Shown here: piece after piece, positions 12,472 through 22,795 of the stretch
How the letters are laid out: each line of letters begins with the position of its first letter
How positions within the stretch are numbered: position 1 is the stretch's first letter
Source: Jimgerdemannia flammicorona
Taxonomy: Eukaryota
Assembly: GCA_003990765.1 (NCBI GenBank)
Contig: RBNJ01000308.1
Location: 1-33,483, forward strand
Length of the DNA: 33,483 bases
Reading direction: 5' to 3'
Translations under genes and position numbers: made by a program
Notes under the pieces: model-generated
What the model was told of the DNA's origin: nothing
Seen by the model: only the letters and a program-made list of their open reading frames with translations
The model's database searches: none

Positions 12472-12575
12472 TGCTCATCTCATATACCATATGATCTTCT
12501 TGTGCTCTGATCTCGTAGCTTGCAAAGAAAGACTGTCTCCTGTGCTGATGTCATCATTCTGGGGTCACCATCACA

Positions 12576-12585
12576 TCTTCCTCCT
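12576..12585 (-). other. Polypurine tract
   Basis: AGGAGGAAGA on the minus strand immediately before the TG of the 3' LTR. Confidence 0.85.
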
Positions 12586-12888
12586 GAATAAGGATCTTCT
12601 TGAGCATCCTTATTCATTGGTCCAGTCCTGAAAAATTTACTGATCCCATAATCTCTGGCAAGGGGTTGAAAAGTGGTATTTATGGGCTGGTGTCTTCTCT
12701 TTGTATTTTGGCATGATGGTGAAGGGTCACTCCCTTCATATAGAGCAAGGGCCTAATTCTGATCTTGACCAATCAGTTGATGGTTCAAACTCCTCTGGCT
12801 TTGAAAGTCTCACAGATGAGTAGTTACTGGTACCGTATCTCTTAGAGAATGGTCCAGACAGATAGCCTGCTGGTCATGAGACATACTG

Positions 12889-13960
12889 TTATGATTCGCG
12901 GACTAGAACCTCGCAGGCAGTCATCACATTTTGCTTCTCTTGTATAGGTTTGTGGTACTTCTTGAGTCTGTTCCTATGTACCATGGTAGGCAGTATGGTC
13001 CCTGAGATTTTTCTAAGCCAGAAGGTAGTTTCCTTGATATCTTGCATATAGAAGGGTCCTTTCCATTTGGGCTCCAGTTTTCGTGACCATGAGGCTTCTA
13101 CCATATTTCGATACAGTAGGACCTTTTCTCTGATTTGGATGGGTTCTAGGGTCTTATGATTCTTTTCCACATTCTTCCTTATCAGTACTTGTGACTTGAT
13201 AATGTAATCTTTAGCCTTCTTCCTGATTTGGTGTAGTCTCCAGATTTCTGCATCTACCCATCTCCAAGTTAGGTCTAGATTTGTGGCTGAGGTTCCATCA
13301 GAATCTTCTTCCCCAAAGAGCAGTTCTCTTGGGGTAAAGTGTGTGCTCTGTGATCGTATATCTTGTAGAACAGAGAGGGCAGTTGGGAGATAGCTATCCC
13401 AATTCTCATATGTCTCTGAGATCTTCACCAGGATATTCTTGAGGATCTTGTTAGTTCTCTCTGTCTGTCCATTTTCTTGAGGGTGGTATGCAGTGATCTT
13501 GATGTACTGGATCTTGTATTTCTGATACATTATCTCATGGAATCCATTGACAAATTCTGTGCCACAGTCTGTTGTGATTTGCTTTGGTGTCTTATAGTGG
13601 CAGATGATTTCTCAGTACAGGAAGTCAGCTATAGAGAGGGCATTGGCTTCTTGTAATGCTCCTACTTCTATCCATTTGGTAAAGAGGTCTACAATAACTA
13701 TAATATAGCGGTTTCCTGATAGTGTTACTGGTAGTGGCCCAATGATATCTATTGCAATGTAGTGGAAGGGGATAGGCTCAATTCTTGATGACCCGAGTGC
13801 CTGGTCTTGCTGATCTTGTTTCTGTTTTTGGCACTTGTCACACCCTTTGACAAATTGGCACAGGTCTTCTTCCATCTTGGGCCACTACATGGTTCTTCTT
13901 GCTTTGCTGTATATGTTGATTCCTCTTAGGTGTCCTTGCTTGTGTACTTCCTTCATTACT
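12889..13960 (-). pseudogene. Integrase (zinc finger, DDE core, GPY/F motif)
   Basis: H..GHL.G, CDKCQ, IDIIGPLP, VDLFTKW, TDCGTEF, AYHPQENGQTER, WKGPF. Confidence 0.93.
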
Positions 13961-14149
13961 TGATACTTCTTGTATTCAGGTATTACTAGCTTTCCTCCTT
14001 TTCTGAGTATATTGTTGTCTAGTTCAAATTGTTTCCAAGTCTGGTTGATGATGGTGAATGTCTAGGGTTTGAGATGGTTAAGCATCTTCTGCTGCCCAAG
14101 GTAGCTGATTAATCCATAGTATAGCTCCTTATTCATATTGAATAGTCTT

Positions 14150-15480
14150 GATGGGGGTGTTTTGGGGTATCCTTGAGAGTGCATCAGCATTGGTGTTGGT
14201 TCTTTCTGAGCAGTGCTTGACAGTACAGTCATACTCTTGCAGCCTATAGATCCATCTGGCATATATTCCTTTAGGGTTCAGAGTGTGGAATAGCTAGGCA
14301 AGAGTGGAATGGTCTGTTTGAATAGTGAAGTGTTTCCTGGCTAAGTAGTAGTAGAACTTATCTACTGCTCAGACTACTGCTAAGTATTCAAGTTTACATG
14401 ACTTGTAGTTCTGTTCTGCTCCATGGGTACCTCAGCTTGTGTAGGAGATAACATATTTATGTCCATCTTTCTTCTAAGCTAGGACTGCTCCAAGTCCTAT
14501 AGCACTCGCATCTGTCTGCAGGATGAATTCTAGGTTCCAATCTGGTCTTCTGAGGATAGGTGCTTGGGTCAATCTAGTCTTGAGTTCATTGAAGGTTTCT
14601 TGGTGCTCCTTGGTCCATTCAAATTTGATTTCCTTCTTCAGTAGCTCATAGATAGGTGCTGCAATATTGGAATATTCTTTGATGAATCTTCTGTAGTAGC
14701 TGGTCAGTCCAAGGAAGGCATGGACTTCTGTGGTTGTTCTGGGTCTCAGGTAGGCTGCAACAGCCTCAATCTTCATAGGGTCTGTGTGGATTCCAGTCTG
14801 GTTGATGAGGTGTCCTAGGTAGGCGATTTCTTGAGCTGCAAACTTACATTTCTTGGGCTTGATGTAGAGGTCATGCTCTTTGAGCTTCTTGAGGGCTAGC
14901 TGTATGTAATTGATATGTTCCTGTGCAGTGTTGCTGAAGATGATCACATCATCAATATAGACAAAGAGCCATTTTCCAATCTCATTGCTGAAGACTCTGT
15001 TCATCATTCACTGAAAACTTACTGGGGCATTGCACATTCCAAATGGCATTCATAGGTAGATATAGGTGGCATCAGGTATGATGAAGGCTGATTTCTCACT
15101 GGCATCTTGAGTGAGTCTGATCTGATGGAAGTCTGAGAACAGATCCAAGGTGGTGTAGTATTTGGCTTTGCTTCCAAGGGTGGTAAGGATTTCTTGAATA
15201 TTTGGCAAGGGCTGCCTATCCTTCTTGGTGATGGCATTGAGCTTCCTGTAGTCGATGCAGAGTCTTAGCGCAAACTCTCCAGGCTTACTTTCTTTCTTTG
15301 GGGCAAGGACAATGGGTGAAGTCCAGGGACTGATAGCTTGCTTGATGATTCCGGCTTCTTCCATTTCCTTGAGTTCTGCTCACAGCCATTCTCTATAGGC
15401 AGGTGGTATGGGTCTGGCTTTCTGATAGATGGGCTTGGTATCACCAGTGTCAACTTCATGATAATACTTGGGTTCTTGAT
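14150..15480 (-). pseudogene. Reverse transcriptase and RNase H
   Basis: SPWTSPIVLAPKK, LRLCIDYRKLN, TLDL.S.FHQI, VYIDDVII, FLGLTSYYRRFI, LQTDASAIGLGAVL. Confidence 0.96.
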
Positions 15481-15644
15481 TGTGGATATCCCTGAAGTCT
15501 GTAGCAAGTACTCCTTCATTCTGATACAGGATCTTGAGAAGTTGCCCCCCTCAGGGGAAAGTTTTCTCCAATGGTATATGTGTACTTATTCTGGTCCTTA
15601 TCTTTCTTATGCTCAAGTTCAGTAATCTTAGTGGTGGCATAGGC

Positions 15645-16010
15645 TCCTCTTCCAGTAGATCCAAAGCCTTGTTCTCCTCTCTTGGTCTTGATGAGTTTGA
15701 TGGCTTCAGTGATCTTGGGCTTCTTGATTTCATGGATCAGCATCTGGCCAATCCTGTCATGCTTCTTGATTTCGAATGAGGTAGTGGGGTTGTAATTCCT
15801 GACTATGAGGAAGATCTCACCAGTGTAATCAGAGTCAATTACTCCTCCTTCAACTGAGATTTCACTTTTGGCCAGACTGCTCCTGGTCTTGATAATTCCA
15901 GCATAGTTCTCTGGCAGCTTGACTTCAATTCCAGTGCCAAGTAGGGTAGTGGTCTGTGGTTCAAGGGTAGCATCTTGAATGCTGGCAAGGTCCATTTCTA
16001 TGGCTCCTTC
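15645..16010 (-). pseudogene. dUTPase domain of the pol polyprotein
   Basis: All five trimeric dUTPase motifs: MDL, RSSLA, GVIDSDYTGEI, DRIGQM, RGEQGFGSTG. Confidence 0.95.
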
Positions 16011-16429
16011 AGTCTTATATTCTGAGATTTTGGCTTTGGGGTGAAACTTCTTGACCTTGAGGGTGATGTCTGATTCTTGTTCCTCCTCACCATCACTGTC
16101 AGCCTGAAGCTCAGGGGACTGGTCATCTTCTTCTGCTTTCCTTTTTGCTTCAGTGGCTTCTTGCTTGTGTTTCTGTTGGCAGATTTCCTGACTTCACTGA
16201 TACAGGACCAGCAGTCATTCAGGGGTTCAGAGCAGTACATCCTAGTACCATGGAGGCATCTTCCTTGAGGGGCATAGCCATCAATGATCTTGTTATACCA
16301 CTGCTCATCTGTGAGCTTGGGTGTCTTGTTCTTGTTCTTGTTCACTGAGTGCATGAAGACCTCTGTGTCCTCTTCATCTCCTTTCTCCATGTCTGGTAGA
16401 ACTCCTTTATAGACATTGATAGAGACTTG

Positions 16430-16770
16430 TACCTTTCTTCCTCTATAGTTGATCTGCATCTTCTAGGCATTGAGATCAATGATGGCCTTGGCCTTGTGAA
16501 GCCATTGGTTGCCAATGAGAATGTCATAGTTGGTGGTACTTGTAACAATCACATCTACTGGGATAGTAGCTCCTTCTATCTTAATGGAGACTTCTCAGAT
16601 TTTGCCAAGGGGGGTAGCTCATATACCATCTACTGTAATATAGACCATCTTGGTGGACTCTTCAATGTCTCAACCTAGGCAGTCAATTGCCTTCTTACTC
16701 ATGAGGCATCCTCCAGTGCCAGTATCAATGATGGCATTAAAGATACAGTCTTCGATCTGGCATGGAGTAT
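16430..16770 (-). pseudogene. Retropepsin aspartic protease
   Basis: AIIDTGTGGCLMS active-site motif, followed by a D-I-L-I-G-N-Q-W-like motif near 16505-16525. Confidence 0.85.
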
Positions 16771-16899
16771 AGGCTGATGTCTTGTACTGGTCTTCAGATT
16801 CTTCACCTGAGTTTTCAGATTCTTCCTGTGCATTGTGAGCTTCTACAATCTTGTACTCTTGATTCTTGACAGTAGTTGTAAGTCCTACTCTCAACTGCT

Positions 16900-18154
16900 G
16901 TCTAAAGGCAGAGACTTCAGCTAGCTGTCCAAAAGTAGCATTGACCTTCTATTCCTTGAGGTCCTTGTAGATATCATACTAGTGGATCTTGGTATTGCAT
17001 AGCTTCTATTCCTTCTTGCTTTTGCTTTCTCCTGAGACTGGAGTAGTGCCTTCTATGATTTGGTAGGCAGCTTCATCTAACTCCATGTCTTGATCAATCT
17101 CCTCAAGTTGAGTCTTGCTTTGAATAGTGATAGCTGGGGTCTTCTTTGGTCTTCCAACTGGCTTGCTGTTGCTCTTCTTGTCATAGGGCTTGGACTGGGT
17201 TCTGGTACCTTCAGTAGCAGGGTAGAATTCAAGCTTCTTATAGTATTCTTCATCATCAGTGTCACCAATCTCCTCGATGACTATTGCATTGATTTATTCT
17301 CTGGTTTTGCTAGCATTGCTTGGTTGGGCTTTGCGTCTTGTTTTGGTCATGCAACTCTTTGCATAGTGGCCTTCTTCTCTACATCTGAAGCATGTGATAT
17401 TGCATTCTTCTGTAGCAGCTGCAAATCTCTGCACTGATCTCCTGTTGGTGCTTCGGACTTCTCTAACAACATCACCAAGGTGTGCAGTCATCTCGGCGAA
17501 CTGCTTGGCGAGTTCCTCCACTGGGTCAGCTTTGGCTGCCTTGGGGGTAGGTGGAGTTGGTTGTCTGTTTATAACTGTAGCAGATATAATACTGATTGGC
17601 TTTGATGACTCCATCTTGATGCCAGTTATTTTCTCTATAGAGTGTTCAGCAGGGTGTCTGGCAGTCTAATATCTCTGTACAAAGACCACTTTCTGATCAA
17701 GGGTCAGTGCAGCTGGGGTAGATCAGATTGCTAGGGCAATTTCAGGGTGAACTCCTTTGAGGAAGGTTGAATCTGCTATTTGTTCCTTGAGGTGGTCATC
17801 ATAGCCAGCCAAGACAATCTGGTGGCAGATTTGGGTATAGAATGAGTTGGGATCTTCACTAAGTTCCTGGCAGATAGTATTGAGTTGATCCTTAAGAGCT
17901 TGCTTGATCTCTTCAGTATTGTATGTTGTTCTGAGGAAGGCCTTCATGTTGGCAAGTTTGGCTGCACCAGCATCAGCAATAGTGGCTGCATTGAACTTGT
18001 CTCTGGCAGGTTCTCTGAGGCTAACTGGTAGAAGGGCTAATTGTGCATCCACACCAAGGGCTCATACAGTGGCAAATTGTTCAAAGTCTTCAATGAAGGT
18101 CAGGATTGACTCTTCAGTAGTATATCCATAGAATGTGGGGGGGTGCATTTCCAT
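16900..18154 (-). pseudogene. Gag with a CCHC zinc knuckle
   Basis: Starts MEMHPPTFYG; capsid-like Q...E....F and FLKG motifs; CFRCREEGHYAKSC. Confidence 0.88.
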
Positions 18155-18254
18155 CTTGTCTTAAATTCTTACAGGGGTGACTCTTGTAGTCAGAGTAGTT
18201 GTTGTGGGGGTTGTTCATTTTTCAGCTTAAAAGTGAGAGATTTGTCTTGAATCA

Positions 18255-18271
18255 CTAGCCAATGGGCACCA
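18255..18271 (-). other. Primer binding site
   Basis: TGGTGCCCATTGGCTAG starts 3 nt after the CA end of the 5' LTR; TGG is complementary to tRNA CCA; tRNA identity not resolved. Confidence 0.75.
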
Positions 18272-18274
18272 AGT

Positions 18275-19859
18275 TGTTATGTAGTGGTCACTGAGTCCTT
18301 CAAATATGCCAGATTCTCTTCAAGGTATATCTCTTAGACTAACTCAAGTTTGTTATAAGCAAGTTCTTATTGAAGTGCCTTCCCAAGGTCTTATAGTCCT
18401 CAAACTTCTTATCTTTAACTGTCTTGTTATCTCTTAGATTGCTTGCAAGGGATTGTGTGTAAGTGAACTGGAACTGACTTTATTTCAGAGGAAATAAGAG
18501 GGGTATTTATACAAAATGTAATTCAATGGTTGCTAAGATATAAAGCTAAATATAAATTCCAATAACTAAAATAAAATACCAGGACAGGAAAAACTGCTAA
18601 GTTCCAGGGTTGGCACTGATGGTTGTACAGGTTCAGAATGCTGGTATAATTTAGTGTTACATCAAAATACTGGTGCTGGAACAATTCCGCATCACCTCAG
18701 AATGCTGGTGCTGGCATTATTTGGTATCACATCAGAATGCCAGTGCTGGCATTATTCAGTGTAACTAAGGGACTTAGAGCAGAATGTTCAGGACCATGGG
18801 GGCTTCATCATCAGAGGTCAGGATGTCTTCGAAGGAGATGAGGTCCGCGAATTCGTCATGTAGGTCGTGCGTTTCGCGTACTTCGCGTGCTTCGTCGCGC
18901 GTCTCGCGTATGTCGCGCGGGATGACGTCATCGCCGATGACGTCATCACGTTCGGTGGCGGGGAAATCGGGAACAAGGAGATCTGGAGCTCTCCAGTCTA
19001 TGAGGTTCTCTTCCACAAAATAGGGAACAAATGTGGGGTCTTGGGGAGGTCTAACCTGGATGCTTGGGCCTTAGAATACTGAGATCAATCCTTGCAGGAA
19101 TTGGTCTGGGTTGTCCTGGAGGATGGGGTACCAGAAGTCTTCTACTTCATCACTATTGAGGGTGATAGTGGACTGGGCTTCTGTAGCCACCCTGGCTTCT
19201 AGTGCATTGATATGGCGGGATGACAGGTCTCTGAAATCTGAGACTCTAACATACTCCAAGTTGGGGATCAACCATAGTGCATGCCTGAAGATCTGATAGA
19301 TCTTCTTAGCTGTCCTTGCCTCACATATATCCATGGGAGTGGCATCTTGTAGCTCTTGAGGGCTAGAACTCCTGGAAGAGGAGGTTTCCTATTTTATACT
19401 CCTGCCACATTTGGAGACATTTGGTAGCAATGGTGATCCTTGTTTCCATTTCACAACAGTAGAGGATATAATGATAAGGGTCACCAGTACCCAGGTTGAT
19501 ACTAGGAGTCCTTCTTGAGCAGGTCCTCATGGCTCTTCTGATGTCTTGGAACATCCTTTCTTCAACTGAGGTGTCTTGGTGGTTCCTTGATCTTGAGATT
19601 TGGCAAGCAGCAGGCATTTCATTTGTAGTGAGTCTTTGAGCTATTTTGGAATTGGTGGGTCTTGTTGATTGCTGGTACTGCAGTTCTTTGATCCTTCTTT
19701 TATATTCCTCAGAATGCTTATACTGTGGTTGCAATGACTCACAGTTGGTCATCATTGCTCATCTCATATTCCATATGATCTTCTTGTGTTCTGATCTGGT
19801 AGCTTGCAAGGAAAGGCTGTCTCCTGTGCTGATGTCATCATTCTGGGGTCACTGTTACA
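18275..19859 (-). repeat. 5' LTR (1585 bp)
   Basis: TGTTATGTAG...CACTGTTACA; adjacent to the PBS; differs from the 3' LTR mainly by C>T and G>A changes. Confidence 0.95.
18829..18970. promoter_or_regulatory. CpG island with two GATGACGTCATC palindromes in the 5' LTR
   Basis: About 27 CpG in ~140 bp by hand count; palindromes at 18921-18932 and 18936-18947. Confidence 0.6.
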
Positions 19860-20270
19860 CTATATATACTGATCATAATGCAAGCAATTAATTCTTATTA
19901 ATAATATATTAATGAAAGCTTGGCCAGACATATGCTACTTATCAACATAAGCTCACTATATATATATTGAGCTTACTACTTATACTCACCATATATATAC
20001 TAAGCTTACTATATATACTGGCCATAATGTAAGTAATTAATTCTCATTGATGATATATTGATAAAAGCTTGACCAGACATATACTGCTTATCAATATATA
20101 CATATAAGCTCACTATATATATATTGAGCTTACTATATATATATGCTGAGCTTGCTAGTATTACTTATCATATATTAGCCATAATGTAAGTAATTTAATG
20201 ATATATATATTGAGCCAAATATATACTGCTTATCAACTTATGATAAGATCAATACAATGTATATATATTG
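19860..20270. repeat. Minisatellite with a higher-order repeat (AAGCTTACTATATAT units in ~150-bp blocks)
   Basis: Repeated cttactatatatat, gccataatgtaagtaatt and ccagacatat..ctgcttatcaa blocks. Confidence 0.8.
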
Positions 20271-20372
20271 AGTCTCTTGATAGATCTCAAGCTTCTTAAA
20301 TTATTATCTTACATTATGAATTATTCTTGGGGCTAAATTATATAGCCATGATTAGAAATCAGCACATTTCAA

Positions 20373-20720
20373 TCTTTTAAGCTATAGTTATATAGTATTT
20401 ATATGTATTTTTGCTAAATTCTATAGATTTCCAAACTTATGAAGACATTATAATATTTCTATCAGTGAATAGTACAATTACTATATAACTATACTGAAAT
20501 TTATTGCTCTTTGTACTTTGTTCTTCATTTATGTGAAATTGGTATATCTTGATCTTTTAAGCTATAGTTATATAACATTTATATATATGTATTTTACTAA
20601 ATTCTGTAAATTTCTTCATATAATGAACTTATGAAGACATTATGATATAAATATATAACTAGGTTTTATACATTTTTTTTTCTTTTTATTAATGAATAGT
20701 ATAATTGCTACATGACTACC
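20373..20720. repeat. Imperfect direct duplication with ~180-bp period
   Basis: TCTTTTAAGCTATAGTTATATA...AACTTATGAAGACATTAT...TGAATAGTA occurs at ~20373 and ~20553. Confidence 0.75.
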
Positions 20721-20744
20721 ATCAATTTTTACCAAAATTTCTTA

Positions 20745-21140
20745 CCTTTCACAAAAGATATTATTATAATGTAATTTTTTCATAAATCTGTATCAAACTA
20801 TTAATATAGGTATTGCCTTAGGAACTTGAGAATATACTCAATGTGTTTATTTTCATTAATATAGATTTTTGGTTATAAAAATGATAATAGAAGTCAGCAT
20901 ATCTCAGTTGCATACTTTGGTGGAAATAATTATATATGACTCTTATTGAGGTATGCTTAATCTGCTTGGATGTGGCTTTTTCTTGATATCTCAAGGCCAA
21001 CAAAATCTGCTCATTTTCATTGAGATTCCATATTTTTCTGCATTTTTTCTAGGTGGGGTTTTATATAGAAGTAACTATTTTTCCTCATCAGCAAATTTGC
21101 TTGTCTGGTCCAATTGGCTAGCCGCAGTTGGCTCATTGAC
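20745..21140 (-). pseudogene. Possible degraded exon of an unknown gene
   Basis: Frame MSQLRLANWTRQANLLMRK...LFPPKYATEIC...EYILKFLRQYLY is interrupted only by TGA/TAA/TAG explainable by C>T decay and ends at a GTAAGA donor. Confidence 0.35.
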
Positions 21141-21463
21141 CCTCACTGTAAATTAATTAGGATAGGACTGACAAATTAGAATAGTACATGTAAAGTAGAT
21201 AGCTAAAAAATATATAAATAAATAAAAATGCAAGCTAAGAGAAAGGCAGCAAAAGTGCTCCCAGTCTCTTCTCTCTTCATCATGCTGCCAAAAAGGATTT
21301 CCACCAGAGTCATTGACACTCCTCCTGACCAGTAGTGCTATACTAGGTAGATATAACAGATATGTTCATTCCACCCTCTCCTCCTGACTTTGACTACTCA
21401 TTGTACACCTTGACAGCCTCAACCTACTCATCTCTAACTAATACAAACAAACCTCACCCAAGC

Positions 21464-22795
21464 ATGGACAATAGAGTGAGTAATTTCAAGTATTTGTGAT
21501 CTTGTATATCATAAAAAACTAAAGCTAACTCCTTCATCTATTTTCTTTCATTACAGCCAAAAGATGTGAGTAATGTCAAGTATTTGTGATCTTGGACATC
21601 ATGAGTAATTTTAAGTATTTGTGACAAATGTGATTAATCCCCCTCATCTTTTATCTCATATTGTAACAGGAAGATGTAAGTAATTTCAAAGATTTATAAT
21701 CTTACACATTATGTTAGTTGTGAAAATTAAGTTAATCCCTCAATATATTTATTTTTTATTGCAGCTGAAAGTTATCATAAGTATTCAAGTATTTGTACAC
21801 CATAAGTAACTATAAGTGTTTTTGATAAATATGATTAACTCTCTCATCTATTTCATCCTTTATTGCAAAATATTGACTGGATACCATTGAGTAATTTAAA
21901 ATATTTATGATCTTGTCATATCAGTTGTGAAAATGAAGCTAATCCCCACATATTTTCATCTTTTACAATAGTTACATATGAGTAATTTCAAGTATTTGAG
22001 ATCTTATATATTATGTCAATTATGTAAATAAAACTAATATCTTGTCATTTAATCTTTTGTAGTTTTCAGTGAGTAATTTAAAGTATTTGCAATCTTATAC
22101 ATCAAGTCAGTTGTGAAACATGAAGCTAACTCTCTCACCCTTTTATTCTTTATTATATCAGAAGAATGCAGTAATTTTGAATATTAGTAATTTAGCATAT
22201 TATGTTAGTTGTAAAAGATGATAGCTAACTCTCTCATCATTTTATCTGTTATTGCAACAGGGTAATGAAATTGTGAGTAATTTCAAGTAATTGCAATCCT
22301 ATATATAATATCAATTGTAAATATTAAAAATAACTCTTTCACTTTCATCTTTACAACAGAGTTATGTGAGTAATTTTAATTATTTGTGATCTTATACATC
22401 ATGTTAGTTAGAAATATGAAGCTAACCCCCTCATTCTTTATCTTTTGTAACACTAGTTTTATGTGAGTAATTTCAAGTATTTGCAATCTTGTGCATCAAG
22501 ATAGTTGTAAAAAATGAAGCTAACTCTTCCATTATGTTAATCTTTGTTACAATAGAGAACTGTGAGTAATTTCAAGTATTGCATCATATCAGTTATGAAA
22601 ACAAAGCTAACTCCTCATCCTTCTTATTGTTTGTAGCACCTGTATGATATGAGTAATTTCAAGTATTTGAAATCTTATATATTATATTAGTTTTGAAATT
22701 AAATTGAACCCTCTCATCTATTATAGGATAAGAATATTAAGAAAGTAGAAGAGAAGAAAGCAGAAGAGAAGAAAGCAGAAGAGAAGAGCAAATGA
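21464..22795 (+). pseudogene. Micro-exon gene: 14 exons and 13 homologous introns, ~61 aa; several donors mutated
   Basis: Each repeat is GTGAGTAATTTCAAGTATTTG...GCTAAC...pyrimidine tract...YAG. Exons: 21464-75, 21557-65, 21670-75, 21765-76, 21869-86 (tentative), 21972-77, 22063-68, 22162-67, 22261-72, 22360-65, 22457-62, 22556-61, 22637-48, 22727-95. Confidence 0.75.

Larger units (their letters stand above)
10979..12575 (-). repeat. 3' LTR (1597 bp)
   Basis: TGTCATGTAG...CACCATCACA; colinear with 18275-19859; adjacent to the PPT. Confidence 0.95.
10979..19859 (-). mobile_element. Complete Ty3/Gypsy LTR retrotransposon (8.9 kb) with dUTPase, degraded
   Basis: Two ~1.6-kb direct repeats with TG...CA ends; 4-bp TSD CTAT (10975-10978 and 19860-19863); PBS and PPT present; domain order gag-PR-dUTPase-RT-RH-IN. 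Confidence 0.97.

Noticed and set aside
11478..12877. env gene downstream of pol
   Set aside because: No signal peptide, transmembrane helix or fusion-peptide pattern visible
12889..12960. Chromodomain at the integrase C-terminus
   Set aside because: Integrase ends about 20 aa after VHRNRLKKY with no chromodomain motif
18255..18271. Specific tRNA assignment of the PBS (for example Lys, if GGGCACCA derives from GGGCGCCA)
   Set aside because: CpG decay obscures the sequence and the host tRNA set is unavailable
21476..22726. CRISPR-like repeat-spacer array
   Set aside because: Eukaryotic context, no cas genes, repeats are 80-105 nt and degenerate, spacers are only 6-18 nt, and the conserved parts are splice signals
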